A stretch of DNA of 64,000 bases from a virus, in IMG/VR virus record IMGVR_UViG_3300017963_000242, positions 1-64,000 of that record, one strand, 5' to 3'. The notes under the pieces are model-generated. The model made no database searches and was not told the origin of the DNA. It saw nothing but the letters and a program-made list of their open reading frames with translations. Shown here piece by piece: positions 9,519-19,700 of this stretch (its first letter is position 1; each line of letters begins with the position of its first letter). Position numbers and translations under genes: made by a program.

Positions 9519-9932
9519 TTATTTGGCGAATGTCACATATAGTGTTATGACAACCGATGCGATAGCGATGATCCAGAGCGTCACGTCTTTGAGCACAGGC
9601 CAAATTTTCCATCGCTGGTTGAGCTTATTCGTTTCAGTTTTCATCTCTGCAACTTGCACGTTGAATGCTGCCTTCAGCGCGGTCGTTTGCCGGTGCATCT
9701 CTAGTGTCAGGTCTGCGATCTGTTTGATCATACTGGTCGTCAAGCCTTCTACCTGGGTGTGCAACTCTCGCAACTGTATGGCAATGTCCGTCATATCGCC
9801 GTTCATCGACACTATTTTATCACGGACTCGTTCCAGATTTGCAGCACACACTCGTGCCTGTTTTTCGATCTGTGCCTGTGAAATCATCTGTACTCGTGAC
9901 GTGTCTCTATCCTGATTCGACGTATCTGCCAT
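9519..9932 (-). CDS. Coiled-coil protein with C-terminal TM anchor (lysis-associated type)
   Basis: Heptad-like body, C-terminal LWIIAIASVVITLYVTF. Confidence 0.55.
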   Translation of the reverse strand: MADTSNQDRDTSRVQMISQAQIEKQARVCAANLERVRDKIVSMNGDMTDIAIQLRELHTQVEGLTTSMIKQIADLTLEMHRQTTALKAAFNVQVAEMKTETNKLNQRWKIWPVLKDVTLWIIAIASVVITLYVTFAK

Positions 9933-9960
9933 GTCGTGCTCCTATGTTCATTATGTCCTT

Positions 9961-9981
9961 ATTATAGCACAATTGTGCTAT
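9961..9981 (-). promoter_or_regulatory. Extended -10 promoter overlapped by an 18-bp perfect palindrome
   Basis: TGCTATAAT on minus; ATAGCACAATTGTGCTAT 9964-9981. Confidence 0.55.
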
Positions 9982-10092
9982 TCGATTGTTAAAAAATTAT
10001 TAGAATACCTTTACCTGCCTGATACAAAATTGTTGACCTAGTTCTGTGCGTGGTGGCGCGTGAATCGAGAGCGTTGAGTCTGCCAAGAAACC

Positions 10093-10159
10093 CAACCTTA
10101 AATTTTACAAAAAGACTTGACAAACTACCTACTAATGTGCTATAATGATTTTGAGATTG
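10093..10159 (+). promoter_or_regulatory. Early sigma70-type promoter (repeated family)
   Basis: CAACCTTAA, TTGACA 10117-10122, TATAAT 10141-10146, TGAGATTG. Confidence 0.85.
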
Positions 10160-10208
10160 AGAGACGAACTAGCACAAGGCCGGGTAGGACCGGCAGAGAG
10201 GTAGAAAG

Positions 10209-10880
10209 ATGTTAAACGAAATCATCAATAGCAAATCCGGTATGCCAAATAATGCGCCTCGTATCATTTGCATGGACGGCACAGAGCTGTCAGTGCAAGC
10301 CTCAAGCCATCATTACTGCATTCCGCGTACTGGCGGCCCATATACGCATGTTGAGGTCGGTTATCTATCCGATGACCACCCCCCAACTTGGGCGGATTAT
10401 GCCGACGGCGAATACCCTACCACTGTCTATGGTTGTGTGCCAGTCGAACTCGTGCGCGAGTATGTAGAAGCGCACGGTGGAGAGGCCACTGAGGCTACTA
10501 CTAGCCTGTTGTCGGTAGAAATGGGGAAACTATCCACCAAGTTACTGGCTGCGATGTACGCGCACTGTCAGACCGACTTGGTCGATGTGGCGAAAAGCAT
10601 CCTCGCATATGTGCGCGAGGATGAACACATCAAAAGCCTGTTTTGTGCCGAGCTTGAGAAGCTTGATCACTGGTACTTCTTCAGTCTAAATCGGATCTAT
10701 GAGGATGGATCGATGGATATTCACCTCGATCCATTTGGTATCCCAACTGAGGAAGACGAGTTTAGACAATTGGATAGTCGAATGATCGACTTACCAGGTC
10801 CAAGCAACGCGATCTGGCAAGGGTACGTAAAGGCAGCATCGACCAATTCTGCTCATGACCGGATACGTGCCAGCTATTAG
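10209..10880 (+). CDS. Early hypothetical protein
   Basis: N-terminal CMDGTELSVQASSHHYCIPR..EVG domain common in phages; RBS GAGAGG. Confidence 0.65.
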   Translation: MLNEIINSKSGMPNNAPRIICMDGTELSVQASSHHYCIPRTGGPYTHVEVGYLSDDHPPTWADYADGEYPTTVYGCVPVELVREYVEAHGGEATEATTSLLSVEMGKLSTKLLAAMYAHCQTDLVDVAKSILAYVREDEHIKSLFCAELEKLDHWYFFSLNRIYEDGSMDIHLDPFGIPTEEDEFRQLDSRMIDLPGPSNAIWQGYVKAASTNSAHDRIRASY

Positions 10881-10899
10881 CCTCCAGGCCAACCGCGCC

Positions 10900-10965
10900 T
10901 GTTAAAGATCGCCGACTAGCCCCGTACCACGCTAGTCGGCACAGCCGGAGAACCCGGCAGAGAGG
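10900..10965. repeat. Intergenic cassette repeat, copy 1 (two hairpins plus RBS)
   Basis: Near-identical to 11329-11393. Confidence 0.9.
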
Positions 10966-10973
10966 TAACTGAG

Positions 10974-11309
10974 ATGACGAAAATAGCAAGACTTATACGA
11001 TACTTGACCAACGAGCCCTGGTGGGAGAAGAAGGTCCGTGCACTTGACTGGAATGAAGGTGAGGACCCAGAGGCAGTGGCGCTTGTAGCGGTCCACAACG
11101 GCTGGATCGACGATTACGATGGGTGCATTCTTCCCGAAGCTTACGGCAAATTGCCGCACCGGATCGCGCACGTTATCACGGCGTTCCTATCTGTATTTGG
11201 TGTCTCTGAAGATGGGCGCATTGAGCGCACCGGGGAATTGTACTCCCCAGCAGCCACCTTTCACAAGCTGCACAAGCGCTTGGGTGGTCACGGCACTGGA
11301 GCCTATTGA
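10974..11309 (+). CDS. Early hypothetical protein
   Basis: Bounded by cassette repeats; RBS GAGAGG. Confidence 0.6.
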   Translation: MTKIARLIRYLTNEPWWEKKVRALDWNEGEDPEAVALVAVHNGWIDDYDGCILPEAYGKLPHRIAHVITAFLSVFGVSEDGRIERTGELYSPAATFHKLHKRLGGHGTGAY

Positions 11310-11328
11310 GTTTCCGCCCCTATTCAAT

Positions 11329-11393
11329 TGTTAAAGATCACCGACTAGCCCCGTACCACGCTAGTCGGCACAGCCGGGCAACCGGCAGAGAGG
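11329..11393. repeat. Intergenic cassette repeat, copy 2
   Basis: Near-identical to 10900-10965. Confidence 0.9.
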
Positions 11394-11397
11394 AAGA

Positions 11398-11613
11398 ATG
11401 ATGTATTGTATATATTGTGGTGACGAGATCTCTGAGAAAGAAAAAGAGTCCGGGTCTTACAAAGAGCGGCACGGTCCCGGTTTGTGCTGCTCGCCGTGTC
11501 AATATTGTCGTTGGGGCGTGCCGCACCCCCCATACGTGTGCGGAGACAGAACCCCAGAGAATCTACAGCGGGTCCGGGCGCAGTGGGTAGATGCTTACCC
11601 GGAATATCGCTAA
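11398..11613 (+). CDS. Small Cys-rich zinc-binding protein
   Basis: CIYCG...CCSPCQYC. Confidence 0.55.
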   Translation: MMYCIYCGDEISEKEKESGSYKERHGPGLCCSPCQYCRWGVPHPPYVCGDRTPENLQRVRAQWVDAYPEYR

Positions 11614-11620
11614 TATTCAA

Positions 11621-11675
11621 TTGTTAAAGTGCGCCCCGCCACACCCACGGCGGGGCTCTCTCATTCCAACTCCAC
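11621..11675. repeat. 55-bp exact duplication (gene 3' end, hairpin, boxA-like), copy 1
   Basis: Identical to 13654-13708. Confidence 0.9.
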
Positions 11676-12509
11676 TGGTGCAAGCACCCACCGCAACCCC
11701 GCGAACCATTCCTCCAGTCGCTCGACTACCGTGGTCGCAATTTGTTCCTCGTTGCACGTTCCAGGCTCACACGGTGGGCATTCGGGGCAATTCTGTGGCG
11801 GTAACTCGCCACTTTCGGCAACATACCAGCATCGAGCATCGTCCAAGTACACATCGTTGTGCTTGACGGACCATTTGTTCGTCACCAGCACGAACAGCGT
11901 CACGCGCTCCGACTCCGCCGTCACGACGCGGCTATAGTACGTCTGATAGCTGCCCGGCGTCCACTCGTACCTGGTCCACTCGATTCCGTGCTCCCACGGC
12001 CACGACTGACCCTCAGCGCCAATTCCAAGCGAGACGTACACCTCACCGCTGTGCTGGCCGGGATCGTCGCTGTTGGTGGACCACCCGTGCGCCTGGATTG
12101 AAAACTGCACGTCACGATCCTGCTCAACGTCAACCTGTTGTGAAAATGCCGCGTCCATAATGCCATAGAATGCGAATGCGACTTGAGCCCGTTCGCCCTC
12201 GGCCACGCGGTTGGGGAACTGCGCTGCCTCAATCGGCTTGAACTCAGGCCGGCGCGTTGGATCGCTGCCTCCTCCGCTCTCAGCCAATGGCGGCAGAGTA
12301 TTCTCGCGGTAGTGCGACGTCCAGCCCTGCGCGACATAGCCACCCGGCACGGCGCCGTACGGCGACTCAAATCCGGGATTGACGAGCGTGATCTGCTCAG
12401 CCGTTGCCCTCGGCAACGCGGCGACACTCGGCGGCAAAAACGCGCAGCACAGCAGCAACGTTATCGAGGCTGCCAAAAAACGGACGGCGGGTCTGTAGGT
12501 CTGGTTCAT
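11661..12509 (-). CDS. Secreted carbohydrate-binding-module-like protein
   Basis: Signal peptide; LVNPGFE...VYLDDA jelly-roll pattern; CPECPPC linker; ends RWVLAPVELE. Confidence 0.6.
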   Translation of the reverse strand: MNQTYRPAVRFLAASITLLLCCAFLPPSVAALPRATAEQITLVNPGFESPYGAVPGGYVAQGWTSHYRENTLPPLAESGGGSDPTRRPEFKPIEAAQFPNRVAEGERAQVAFAFYGIMDAAFSQQVDVEQDRDVQFSIQAHGWSTNSDDPGQHSGEVYVSLGIGAEGQSWPWEHGIEWTRYEWTPGSYQTYYSRVVTAESERVTLFVLVTNKWSVKHNDVYLDDARCWYVAESGELPPQNCPECPPCEPGTCNEEQIATTVVERLEEWFAGLRWVLAPVELE

Positions 12510-12737
12510 AGCTCACTCCTGAATAGGTGTAGTTGGCGCAGTGGTACGCATGCGCGGTACCCTGCTCGTTGGATACGGTTAGATCGGCCACCACGGCCCC
12601 ACCGCGGCGCGGACAGCGGTCGCCGGTGGAGTGGTTGTGAAGTTGAATCATTCTGAGCCTCCTGAAATGCTTGCAGGATTATACAAGAAAACGGCCATTT
12701 TTGGCCGTTTTTTGTTTGAAACTTGCAGGATTGGGTA

Positions 12738-12766
12738 TTGACAATCTAGACAGAACGTGGTATAAT
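12738..12766 (+). promoter_or_regulatory. Consensus sigma70 promoter of island 2
   Basis: TTGACA-17-TATAAT with TG extension; TCTAG motifs in the spacer and after -10. Confidence 0.85.
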
Positions 12767-12823
12767 CTAGTCAAGCAAGTGAGGGAAGCGGAACCCCTCA
12801 AGAGCAAGAAAAGGAGAATCAAA

Positions 12824-13078
12824 ATGGAACCGCAGGACATCAAGACGATTCAGCTCAGCAAGGACGAGCCAAGTATCAGCGGCGCGAATTCGGCAAGCGG
12901 AGCGGCCTACACGGAAGGAACCGAAGCAACCATTTTCCAGGACGATGATGGCGACTACGGCTACTGCCTCCATGGCATCGGGCAGGACGGCAACTATTTT
13001 GAGTCTGAGGACGTAGACGGATTCAATACCGCAGACGAGGCCGAGCAGGCCGCCCGCGACAACTGCCGCGCTCAATAG
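12824..13078 (+). CDS. Small highly acidic protein (candidate anti-defence/DNA mimic)
   Basis: AAGGAG RBS; 84 aa, very D/E-rich; first gene after promoter. Confidence 0.6.
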   Translation: MEPQDIKTIQLSKDEPSISGANSASGAAYTEGTEATIFQDDDGDYGYCLHGIGQDGNYFESEDVDGFNTADEAEQAARDNCRAQ

Positions 13079-13084
13079 CTAGGC

Positions 13085-13134
13085 TACATTCGATCCGCTG
13101 AGGATTACATACATTCGATCCGTTGAGGATACTG
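13085..13134 (+). repeat. Tandem CRISPR-repeat-like units (candidate solitary repeat unit)
   Basis: TACATTCGATCCG(C/T)TGAGGAT at 13085-13105 and 13110-13130; second copy continues ACTG. Confidence 0.55.
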
Positions 13135-13186
13135 GCTAAGCTAAGCATGCCCGCACCACGCGGGCCACACACAAGGAGACAGGCAA

Positions 13187-13417
13187 ATGGCACGCTTTCA
13201 GGTAGTAGGTCCAGGGGGTGATCCCGGAGAATCGGGCATCTATGATCGCCAGACCGGACGACAGGTGGTCGGCTCCTATGAGCTGGCCAAACGCGGATAC
13301 GACATCCACAACGTCGTTACCTGGAGCGACGAGGCGATCCGAAAATTGGCCGAACGCATTCAGCGCGAGGAACGCCTCGCTGGAGGATGCGTTAAGTTCG
13401 ATGTGTACGATCTGTAA
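13187..13417 (+). CDS. Small hypothetical protein
   Basis: AAGGAG RBS. Confidence 0.6.
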   Translation: MARFQVVGPGGDPGESGIYDRQTGRQVVGSYELAKRGYDIHNVVTWSDEAIRKLAERIQREERLAGGCVKFDVYDL

Positions 13418-13431
13418 AAAGGAATTCACCT

Positions 13432-13641
13432 ATGCGCCAACCGCAAATCAGCACCACCGTAGGCCCGCACATCCGAGAGCTGTTCGACCAGTTGGTCGAG
13501 CGCTACGGATCGGGCACTGTGGTGCTCTCCATCGCAATCAGCGACTTAGGCCAGAAACACGGCCTAGAACTTGACTGGGAAGCCAAACCTAAAACGGACT
13601 CAGTCGACGCTGCACGCGACTGGATGCGTGCAAGTTACTAG
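13432..13641 (+). CDS. Small RHH-like DNA-binding protein (possible island autoregulator)
   Basis: Beta strand QISTTV followed by two helices; last gene of island. Confidence 0.45.
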   Translation: MRQPQISTTVGPHIRELFDQLVERYGSGTVVLSIAISDLGQKHGLELDWEAKPKTDSVDAARDWMRASY

Positions 13642-13653
13642 AAAACTATTTAC

Positions 13654-13708
13654 TTGTTAAAGTGCGCCCCGCCACACCCACGGCGGGGCTCTCTCATTCC
13701 AACTCCAC
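13654..13708. repeat. 55-bp exact duplication, copy 2
   Basis: Identical to 11621-11675. Confidence 0.9.
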
Positions 13709-15280
13709 CGGAGCCAACACCCACCGGGCCAACTCCGCCCGCACACCCTCGCGCACCAGCCCCGGCCCCACCTCGGCCAGCACATCACGCACCACTTGCG
13801 CAATCGTGTCCATAGTCGGCGGCTCGACCTCATCCACCGGCAGCGGAGGCACGAACCGCAGATACCCCACCCAAACCCCCTCGCGTGGTTGAGCCACAAA
13901 CGACGTTCGACCGTTGACTACATTCAACACTTGCACCTCGACCAGCACCCCCGACAACCAGTCGAACAGATATAGCTCGTAATCCCCATCGCGCATCCCG
14001 CGCACCGCGACACTCTGAGCCTCGCATCGCGCCGTCATCAGCACGTGCTCGCCGTCGCCCCACGAGGCAAGCACGTCCGCGTCGACCTCCACGTGCCCGT
14101 CCCAGCACACACCGTCTCCGTCCCATTCTGCTAGATCGACCATATCTGCCAGCACGCTCGTCACACCGGCAATCTCCATCATAGCCGGATCGGCGTACCC
14201 ACCTGCGACCCAGTTGTTGCGCCTGCTCTCCCGTGTCCCCGGCCACCGCACCGGCCCCATCAGTCCAGGCCCGCCGCACACCGCCAACCACTCGAACAGC
14301 TTCGACGGTCCATACGGCGCGGGCTCGTGATACGGCTCAGTCCGTTGCAGCGAATACGGCGCATATTGGCCGACTACGACTTGCTTGTCGGGATAGTGCG
14401 TCTGGCATTCCCGCAACCACTCGCGCGCGACCGCGTGATCCCCGTCCGTGTACCAGTTTATGGTCAGCACGTCCACGCTTGGCACATCGTGAACGCGACA
14501 CACGTTCTGTGCCCACTTTGCGTCCAGGTCGTGCTTCGATCCCGCAAACAGATGCCCGCTCGCCACCGGCGCGCTGTGGTGCGCGTGAATGTACGCCGCG
14601 ATTCGCTCATTCCACGCTGCCAGCGTGTTGATCTGCGCGGTCAAGTCCGAGTTTTTCGGCAGCTCCCAAAATTCAGCATCTGTCGCTAGCCACGTAAATT
14701 CCTCGCACGTTTTCCACAGCCCGACAATGTCCCGCTCTCCAACTGCGTCGATGATGAACTGAATCCGTGCCTCAGCCGCAGCCAAGCACCGCTCATCCGT
14801 GAACACCTGCCAACCGTCGACCACATAGCCGCCATTGCGCTCGTTCCAGGCGTGCGCGTGCCAGCCGACGCCGCGAAACTCGGTGTTTTCAAACGGCGTG
14901 ATCATCAGCCGCACGTTGTACCGTTCTGCCGCGTCGAACAACTGCCGCAGGTTGGACACCTGCCACACGTCGCCCTCTGGCGCTGCGATCTGCGCGTCGT
15001 CGCCGTCCGTGGTCCACACGTTGAACGTCTCTGCTGGCGGCGGCTCGACAGACCACGCGACCCGCCCCTCGTCCCAGTAGATTTGTTTGCCTGTGAGCCG
15101 CACGCGGATCATGTTCACGCCTGCCTGATTGAGCCGCTTGCACCACTCGTCATAATCTAGTGGATCATCACCCGGTAGTGGACCCAACGTGTCGGGCTGA
15201 CCAAACAGCCCGCGCTTAAGCTGCGCCGTTTGCCACGCTGCGAATATTGTGGCGTAGCCTCTCAGGTTTGTAAGTTTCAT
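13694..15280 (-). CDS. Glycoside hydrolase clan GH-A (GH5-like) protein
   Basis: AGVNMIRV, LFDAAERYNVRLM, WKTCEE, DVLTINWY; ends RWVLAPVELE. Confidence 0.55.
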   Translation of the reverse strand: MKLTNLRGYATIFAAWQTAQLKRGLFGQPDTLGPLPGDDPLDYDEWCKRLNQAGVNMIRVRLTGKQIYWDEGRVAWSVEPPPAETFNVWTTDGDDAQIAAPEGDVWQVSNLRQLFDAAERYNVRLMITPFENTEFRGVGWHAHAWNERNGGYVVDGWQVFTDERCLAAAEARIQFIIDAVGERDIVGLWKTCEEFTWLATDAEFWELPKNSDLTAQINTLAAWNERIAAYIHAHHSAPVASGHLFAGSKHDLDAKWAQNVCRVHDVPSVDVLTINWYTDGDHAVAREWLRECQTHYPDKQVVVGQYAPYSLQRTEPYHEPAPYGPSKLFEWLAVCGGPGLMGPVRWPGTRESRRNNWVAGGYADPAMMEIAGVTSVLADMVDLAEWDGDGVCWDGHVEVDADVLASWGDGEHVLMTARCEAQSVAVRGMRDGDYELYLFDWLSGVLVEVQVLNVVNGRTSFVAQPREGVWVGYLRFVPPLPVDEVEPPTMDTIAQVVRDVLAEVGPGLVREGVRAELARWVLAPVELE

Positions 15281-15281
15281 G

Positions 15282-16370
15282 TTATCCTCCCACTAGCCCC
15301 GCCGCGCCAGCCTCAATCCGCTGCAGCAGCGCCTCACACACGCGCTCTACCCGGTCCACACGTGCCTCCAGCTGTAAAATCCGCTCATCCAGCGCCCGCC
15401 AGTGATCGCACGTTGGCGTCTCCGGTTCTGGCTCCGGTTCCACCGGCACACTCAACGGCGGCACAGTGTACCCACACCCCACCGCCTCCATAAAGTCGCG
15501 GATCACCTCCGGTTTGTCCCGGAACGTCCACCGGTCGTGCTGCCAGCGATACACTGCCAAGCACGAGATCAGCCGGTCCGGGTGTAAGTGATTCCACGTG
15601 TCGATCTCCTGGTACGCCTGCCGCACCACACCGCTGTTGCGATTCTGCCACGGTTCAACCATGTCGAACTCGGTCAAATACACCGGCAACCCGGCAAAGC
15701 GCGCTTCTATTGCATCCATCCATTCGGTGTAGACTTGAAAACCCCAAAATCGATCTGAGAACGCGCCGCTCATCTTGTCCATACTGCGGATTGCGCCTGG
15801 CTCCTGCGCGCGTGCGTAGGCGTGAATCGCAAACCCATCGCAGCTAGTGAGCGCCTTTTGCACATCCTGGAAATACTGAATCCAGTCCCCGTGCTCGTTG
15901 TTACGATAGCTCGTCTGCGGGTTCCACGGCGCAACCGCGCCGACAAGCACCTCGTCCCGCTCGTGGCCCGCCAGCGCGTGGATTGCGTTGCGGCATAACT
16001 CGTAGCACTCGGCATAGTCCCACGGCCAGATAGTGACGCCTTTCGGTCGCTCGTCGGCGTGGTTCATTTCGTTGCCGATAATCCAGCGCGTGCAACCCTG
16101 GCTGCCTGCCACAAAATTCGCCACGCGCTGCGCGAACGCTTCATAGTGCTGAGGCTCTGGAATCGTCCCGTTCGGCTTGTAGCCGTTGTTGAGCCGCGCA
16201 ATCACCGCATGCCGCGCGCCGCGATAATCTGTCCCGTGTGCGTGGTTCGGGTCATGGCCCAGTTCCTCTGTGCGAATCTCCCATCCGGGCAGCACTATAC
16301 CGTGCTCGTCGCGCATGCTATAGTCTAGGTCATTCTCACCGTGAATTGCGTACAAGCTGCTCCGCATCAT
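15282..16370 (-). CDS. Glycoside hydrolase clan GH-A protein (candidate endolysin)
   Basis: WIIGNEMN acid/base, GFAIHAY, VYLTEF nucleophile; C-terminal coiled coil. Confidence 0.65.
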   Translation of the reverse strand: MMRSSLYAIHGENDLDYSMRDEHGIVLPGWEIRTEELGHDPNHAHGTDYRGARHAVIARLNNGYKPNGTIPEPQHYEAFAQRVANFVAGSQGCTRWIIGNEMNHADERPKGVTIWPWDYAECYELCRNAIHALAGHERDEVLVGAVAPWNPQTSYRNNEHGDWIQYFQDVQKALTSCDGFAIHAYARAQEPGAIRSMDKMSGAFSDRFWGFQVYTEWMDAIEARFAGLPVYLTEFDMVEPWQNRNSGVVRQAYQEIDTWNHLHPDRLISCLAVYRWQHDRWTFRDKPEVIRDFMEAVGCGYTVPPLSVPVEPEPEPETPTCDHWRALDERILQLEARVDRVERVCEALLQRIEAGAAGLVGG

Positions 16371-16384
16371 TTAGTCGCCTCCTT

Positions 16385-16768
16385 TTAGTCCGGGTCCACT
16401 GGCGGCACGTACCGCGTCAAATCTTCTGCGACTTCGTACAAGGCGCACTGCTCATTGAACCAATACAGCAATGCTGCGCGAATGCCCAACGTCGCCGTCA
16501 CAGGCCCGTCGGCACGAACCGTGATCGGACCGTCAATCAGCAGAATCCGCACGCCTGCCGGCAGCGTTACCGTTTGATTCTCTTCCAGCACCACCGGCTG
16601 CTCGACCGGCAGCACAACGGATGGATGGTCATCGCCGACTTGTATGCTTCCATCGGCGTTGTAGATTTTGAAATCAGCCGTTGCGACAATCCCGCCATTT
16701 TCCGGTTGCACCGACAGCCTGGCGGGGCTGTACTGCTCTGGCGTAAGTCGGAGTCTAACGTCGCTCAT
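16385..16768 (-). CDS. Hypothetical tail-fibre-associated protein
   Basis: Immediately downstream of tail fibre. Confidence 0.5.
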   Translation of the reverse strand: MSDVRLRLTPEQYSPARLSVQPENGGIVATADFKIYNADGSIQVGDDHPSVVLPVEQPVVLEENQTVTLPAGVRILLIDGPITVRADGPVTATLGIRAALLYWFNEQCALYEVAEDLTRYVPPVDPD

Positions 16769-16777
16769 TGGTTTCTC

Positions 16778-19700
16778 CTAGCTCAGTGTGTAGATCGGGA
16801 TGAAATACGCTTGGTCCGCGATCTGGTTCCCGGTATCTGTAACGTAGACTTTGAGCCACCCCGCGCGCGTCTCGCTGCTTTGATCACCCTCGTCCACAAT
16901 CGAGCGCGTGAGGTTCCCCGCCGCCGCCTCGCCGTAATAGTGGACAAACGCCTCGTCCACGTCGGCCTGGTCCAGCAGCAGCACCTCGATTCCACCCGCC
17001 GCGCTGCTCTGGTCTACGTGTAGCTGTGCCAGCGTGTTGGTGAACGAGTCCGCAATTTTGACGCGGCCCGTCTCGGCAACACGCATCCGCTCCGCCGCTG
17101 TCACGCTAGAGGTTGGCGCCGTGTAAAATCCCAGGCTCGTACCCATCGCCGCGTCGGTGAAATTCTCGGCGGCGTCTACCTGGACAAATCCAGTAGACGC
17201 GGCTGCGAACCCAGTCGCGCCATACCCGCCCGCGCCCAGCCTTCCTAGAATATCGCCGCTTTGCGCTGCCGTGGGCGTGCCCCGCGTGCCCTGCGCACGT
17301 CGGCCTCTGAAGATCGGATAGTCGGCAGCGTCCGCGCCATAGGCGAACGCCTGATACACTGCTGCGCTACCATCGTTCGACACACCGATGTTGTTATCAA
17401 GCACCGTGAGGCTGGCCGTCATCAGCGCGTCGGGCGCTGTTCCGCCTACGATCACGTGCGCGTCCTGGAACTCGATCTGGTCCGTGCCCTGGTCATCGAA
17501 CGTAATCCGCCCTGCGGCTGCGCCCAGCCCGATCCCGGTATCATCGGCCATCGTGACAAATGACCCGGATAGCACGTCGAGCGAGTTGGCCGTGAACGTG
17601 AAATCCTCAGCGCCGTTGATCGAGATACTGAGTTCGCCGCCCGCACCGGCTAGAACGAACGCCGCTGTATCATTCGCCGCCTCGGTCAACGTGAGCAGGT
17701 CCGCGCCCCCGACGTGGAACGTGATCTCGTCATCGGTAAAATTCACATAGGTGTCTGTGTCGCCGCTGTGAATGATGTACTGTGGCACAATCAGCTCGTT
17801 GCCGACCGTCGCGTTGCCGTTTGAGTCCACGCCAAATGCAAAGCCGCCCGCGCTGTCTTGTACGAGGAACGAGCTTACCCCGGCTGCCTCAGAAAGTAGA
17901 AGGCGAAAGTCACCGTTCGTGTCGTCCGCCAGCAGTTTAATCTCGTCGTCGCTGCCCGTGATAAAATACAGCAGTGGCGAGTTGCCGCTGCCATCATCCA
18001 TTATGATGTCGTCGGTGTGGGTGTGGACGCCGGTCCAGGCGTCGAACGTCGCGTCCAGATCGATCCGCAGGTCGCCGCCGCTGAACTCAAGTCCGCTCCA
18101 CGCTGCAACCAGATCGACGACCAGATCATAGTCCCCATTCGCGCCGCTGTCTGTGCCTGCCAGGCCATTGCCTGGAACGAATCTGCGTTCCGCGCTCAAA
18201 TCGCCGTCCAGGGCCAGCGTGAGGTACTGCGCGTCCGCAGGCGCCGCGCCGATGTCTACGAAAGTGCCGGGGATGTAGCGCGTGCCGTCGCCGACCAGCA
18301 CCGCGCCTGCCGCCACGCCGTCCGCGTGGATGATACCCAGGCCAGAGGCGATGTACAAGTCACCGTCAAGCAGACTTAGGTGCTTCGTCAGCGTCCACTT
18401 GTCGTCCGATTCGTCCCATGCCAACGTCGGTGCGCCGGTCACATCCAGTTGCAGAATCGCCGGGAAGTCTTGATCCGCGCCGTCCATCGAGCAGATGATA
18501 TGTTGCTCGGACACGTCGCCCTGATCGAGTAGTAGCACGGGCTGTCCGCCGCTTGCGCTGCTCTGGTCCACGTCCAGCGCCGCACCTGTGCCGGTCGTGC
18601 CAACGGACAGAAAGCCTCTCAGGATATTTTGTGCCGTGCCGTCTTGGTATACGCCATAATTGATCCCGGTACGCTCGTCGATGTACAGGCCATAGGCGTT
18701 GCCCGTTACAGTCCCGTCGCAATCCATGACGATCCGGTTGCCAAACACGTCCCCGCTCACGGTGTTGGCGGCTTCCTGGTCAACGAACACCTCAATCCCC
18801 ACCGCATCATCCGTCACCGTTCCGGCATTCAGGTCGAGATTATAGTATCCGACTTGAGCATCGCGCTTGTTGCCGACCGCGCCCACGCTGCCGTCATCGA
18901 TTTGCACCTCTGCGAAAAATCCACGCGCGTGCCCGATTGTACCGCCGCTCTGATTCAACCGAACGAACAGGGACATGCCCAACAGCGCGTCGTCGTGGTC
19001 CGTCGCTCCCGCCGTTTTCGCCAGGTCGAGATCGATCCCGCTCGCGGCAGTGGTTGTGTCCAGCGCCGTGTTTTGCAAGTTCAGAATGATAGAATCGATG
19101 ACACTGGCATTTGGCCCCGCTGCTATGTGGCCAAGGAAATCCGCGTTCCCGTCCGCGTCCACATAGGCTACGTCGGCGTCACCGCTATCGCGCCAGATAA
19201 ATTGACTGTCCGTATCCGATGCCGGAAACTTGACGACAAAATCAGAGTCGCCCGCTGTGCCATCGTCCTCTAGCCATAGCGAGAATGTGTCATCGTTTGA
19301 GCCGCCAACAAAATTCAGAGACGGACTATCGCCCGCGCCATCATCCATCGACAAGTTACCGACCAACGTCGGAGATGTATCACTGATAATATCTGTTCCA
19401 TCACCAATGAGCACGCCGCCTTCCGTGCTCGCATCGTAGCTGGCCCACACCGGCCCGGCTTCTCCGCGTATGATATGCCCGCGTGCGCCTGGTGGAATTG
19501 GATAGTTGGCATTGGCTGCTATTGGAATGAATCGCGTGCCGTCGCCGCCCAGTACCAAGCCTGCCGCCACGCCGTCCGCGTGGATGATACCCAGCCCGGA
19601 GGCAAAGTGCAGATCACCGTCTACCAGCGAGAAATCGTCCGTGATGTCCCACGAGTTGTCCGATTCGTCCCATGCCAACGTCGGTGCGCCGGTCACATCC

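Noticed and set aside
13085-13134. True CRISPR array
   Set aside because: Only two short units 4 nt apart, with no spacer-length sequence and no cas genes in the window
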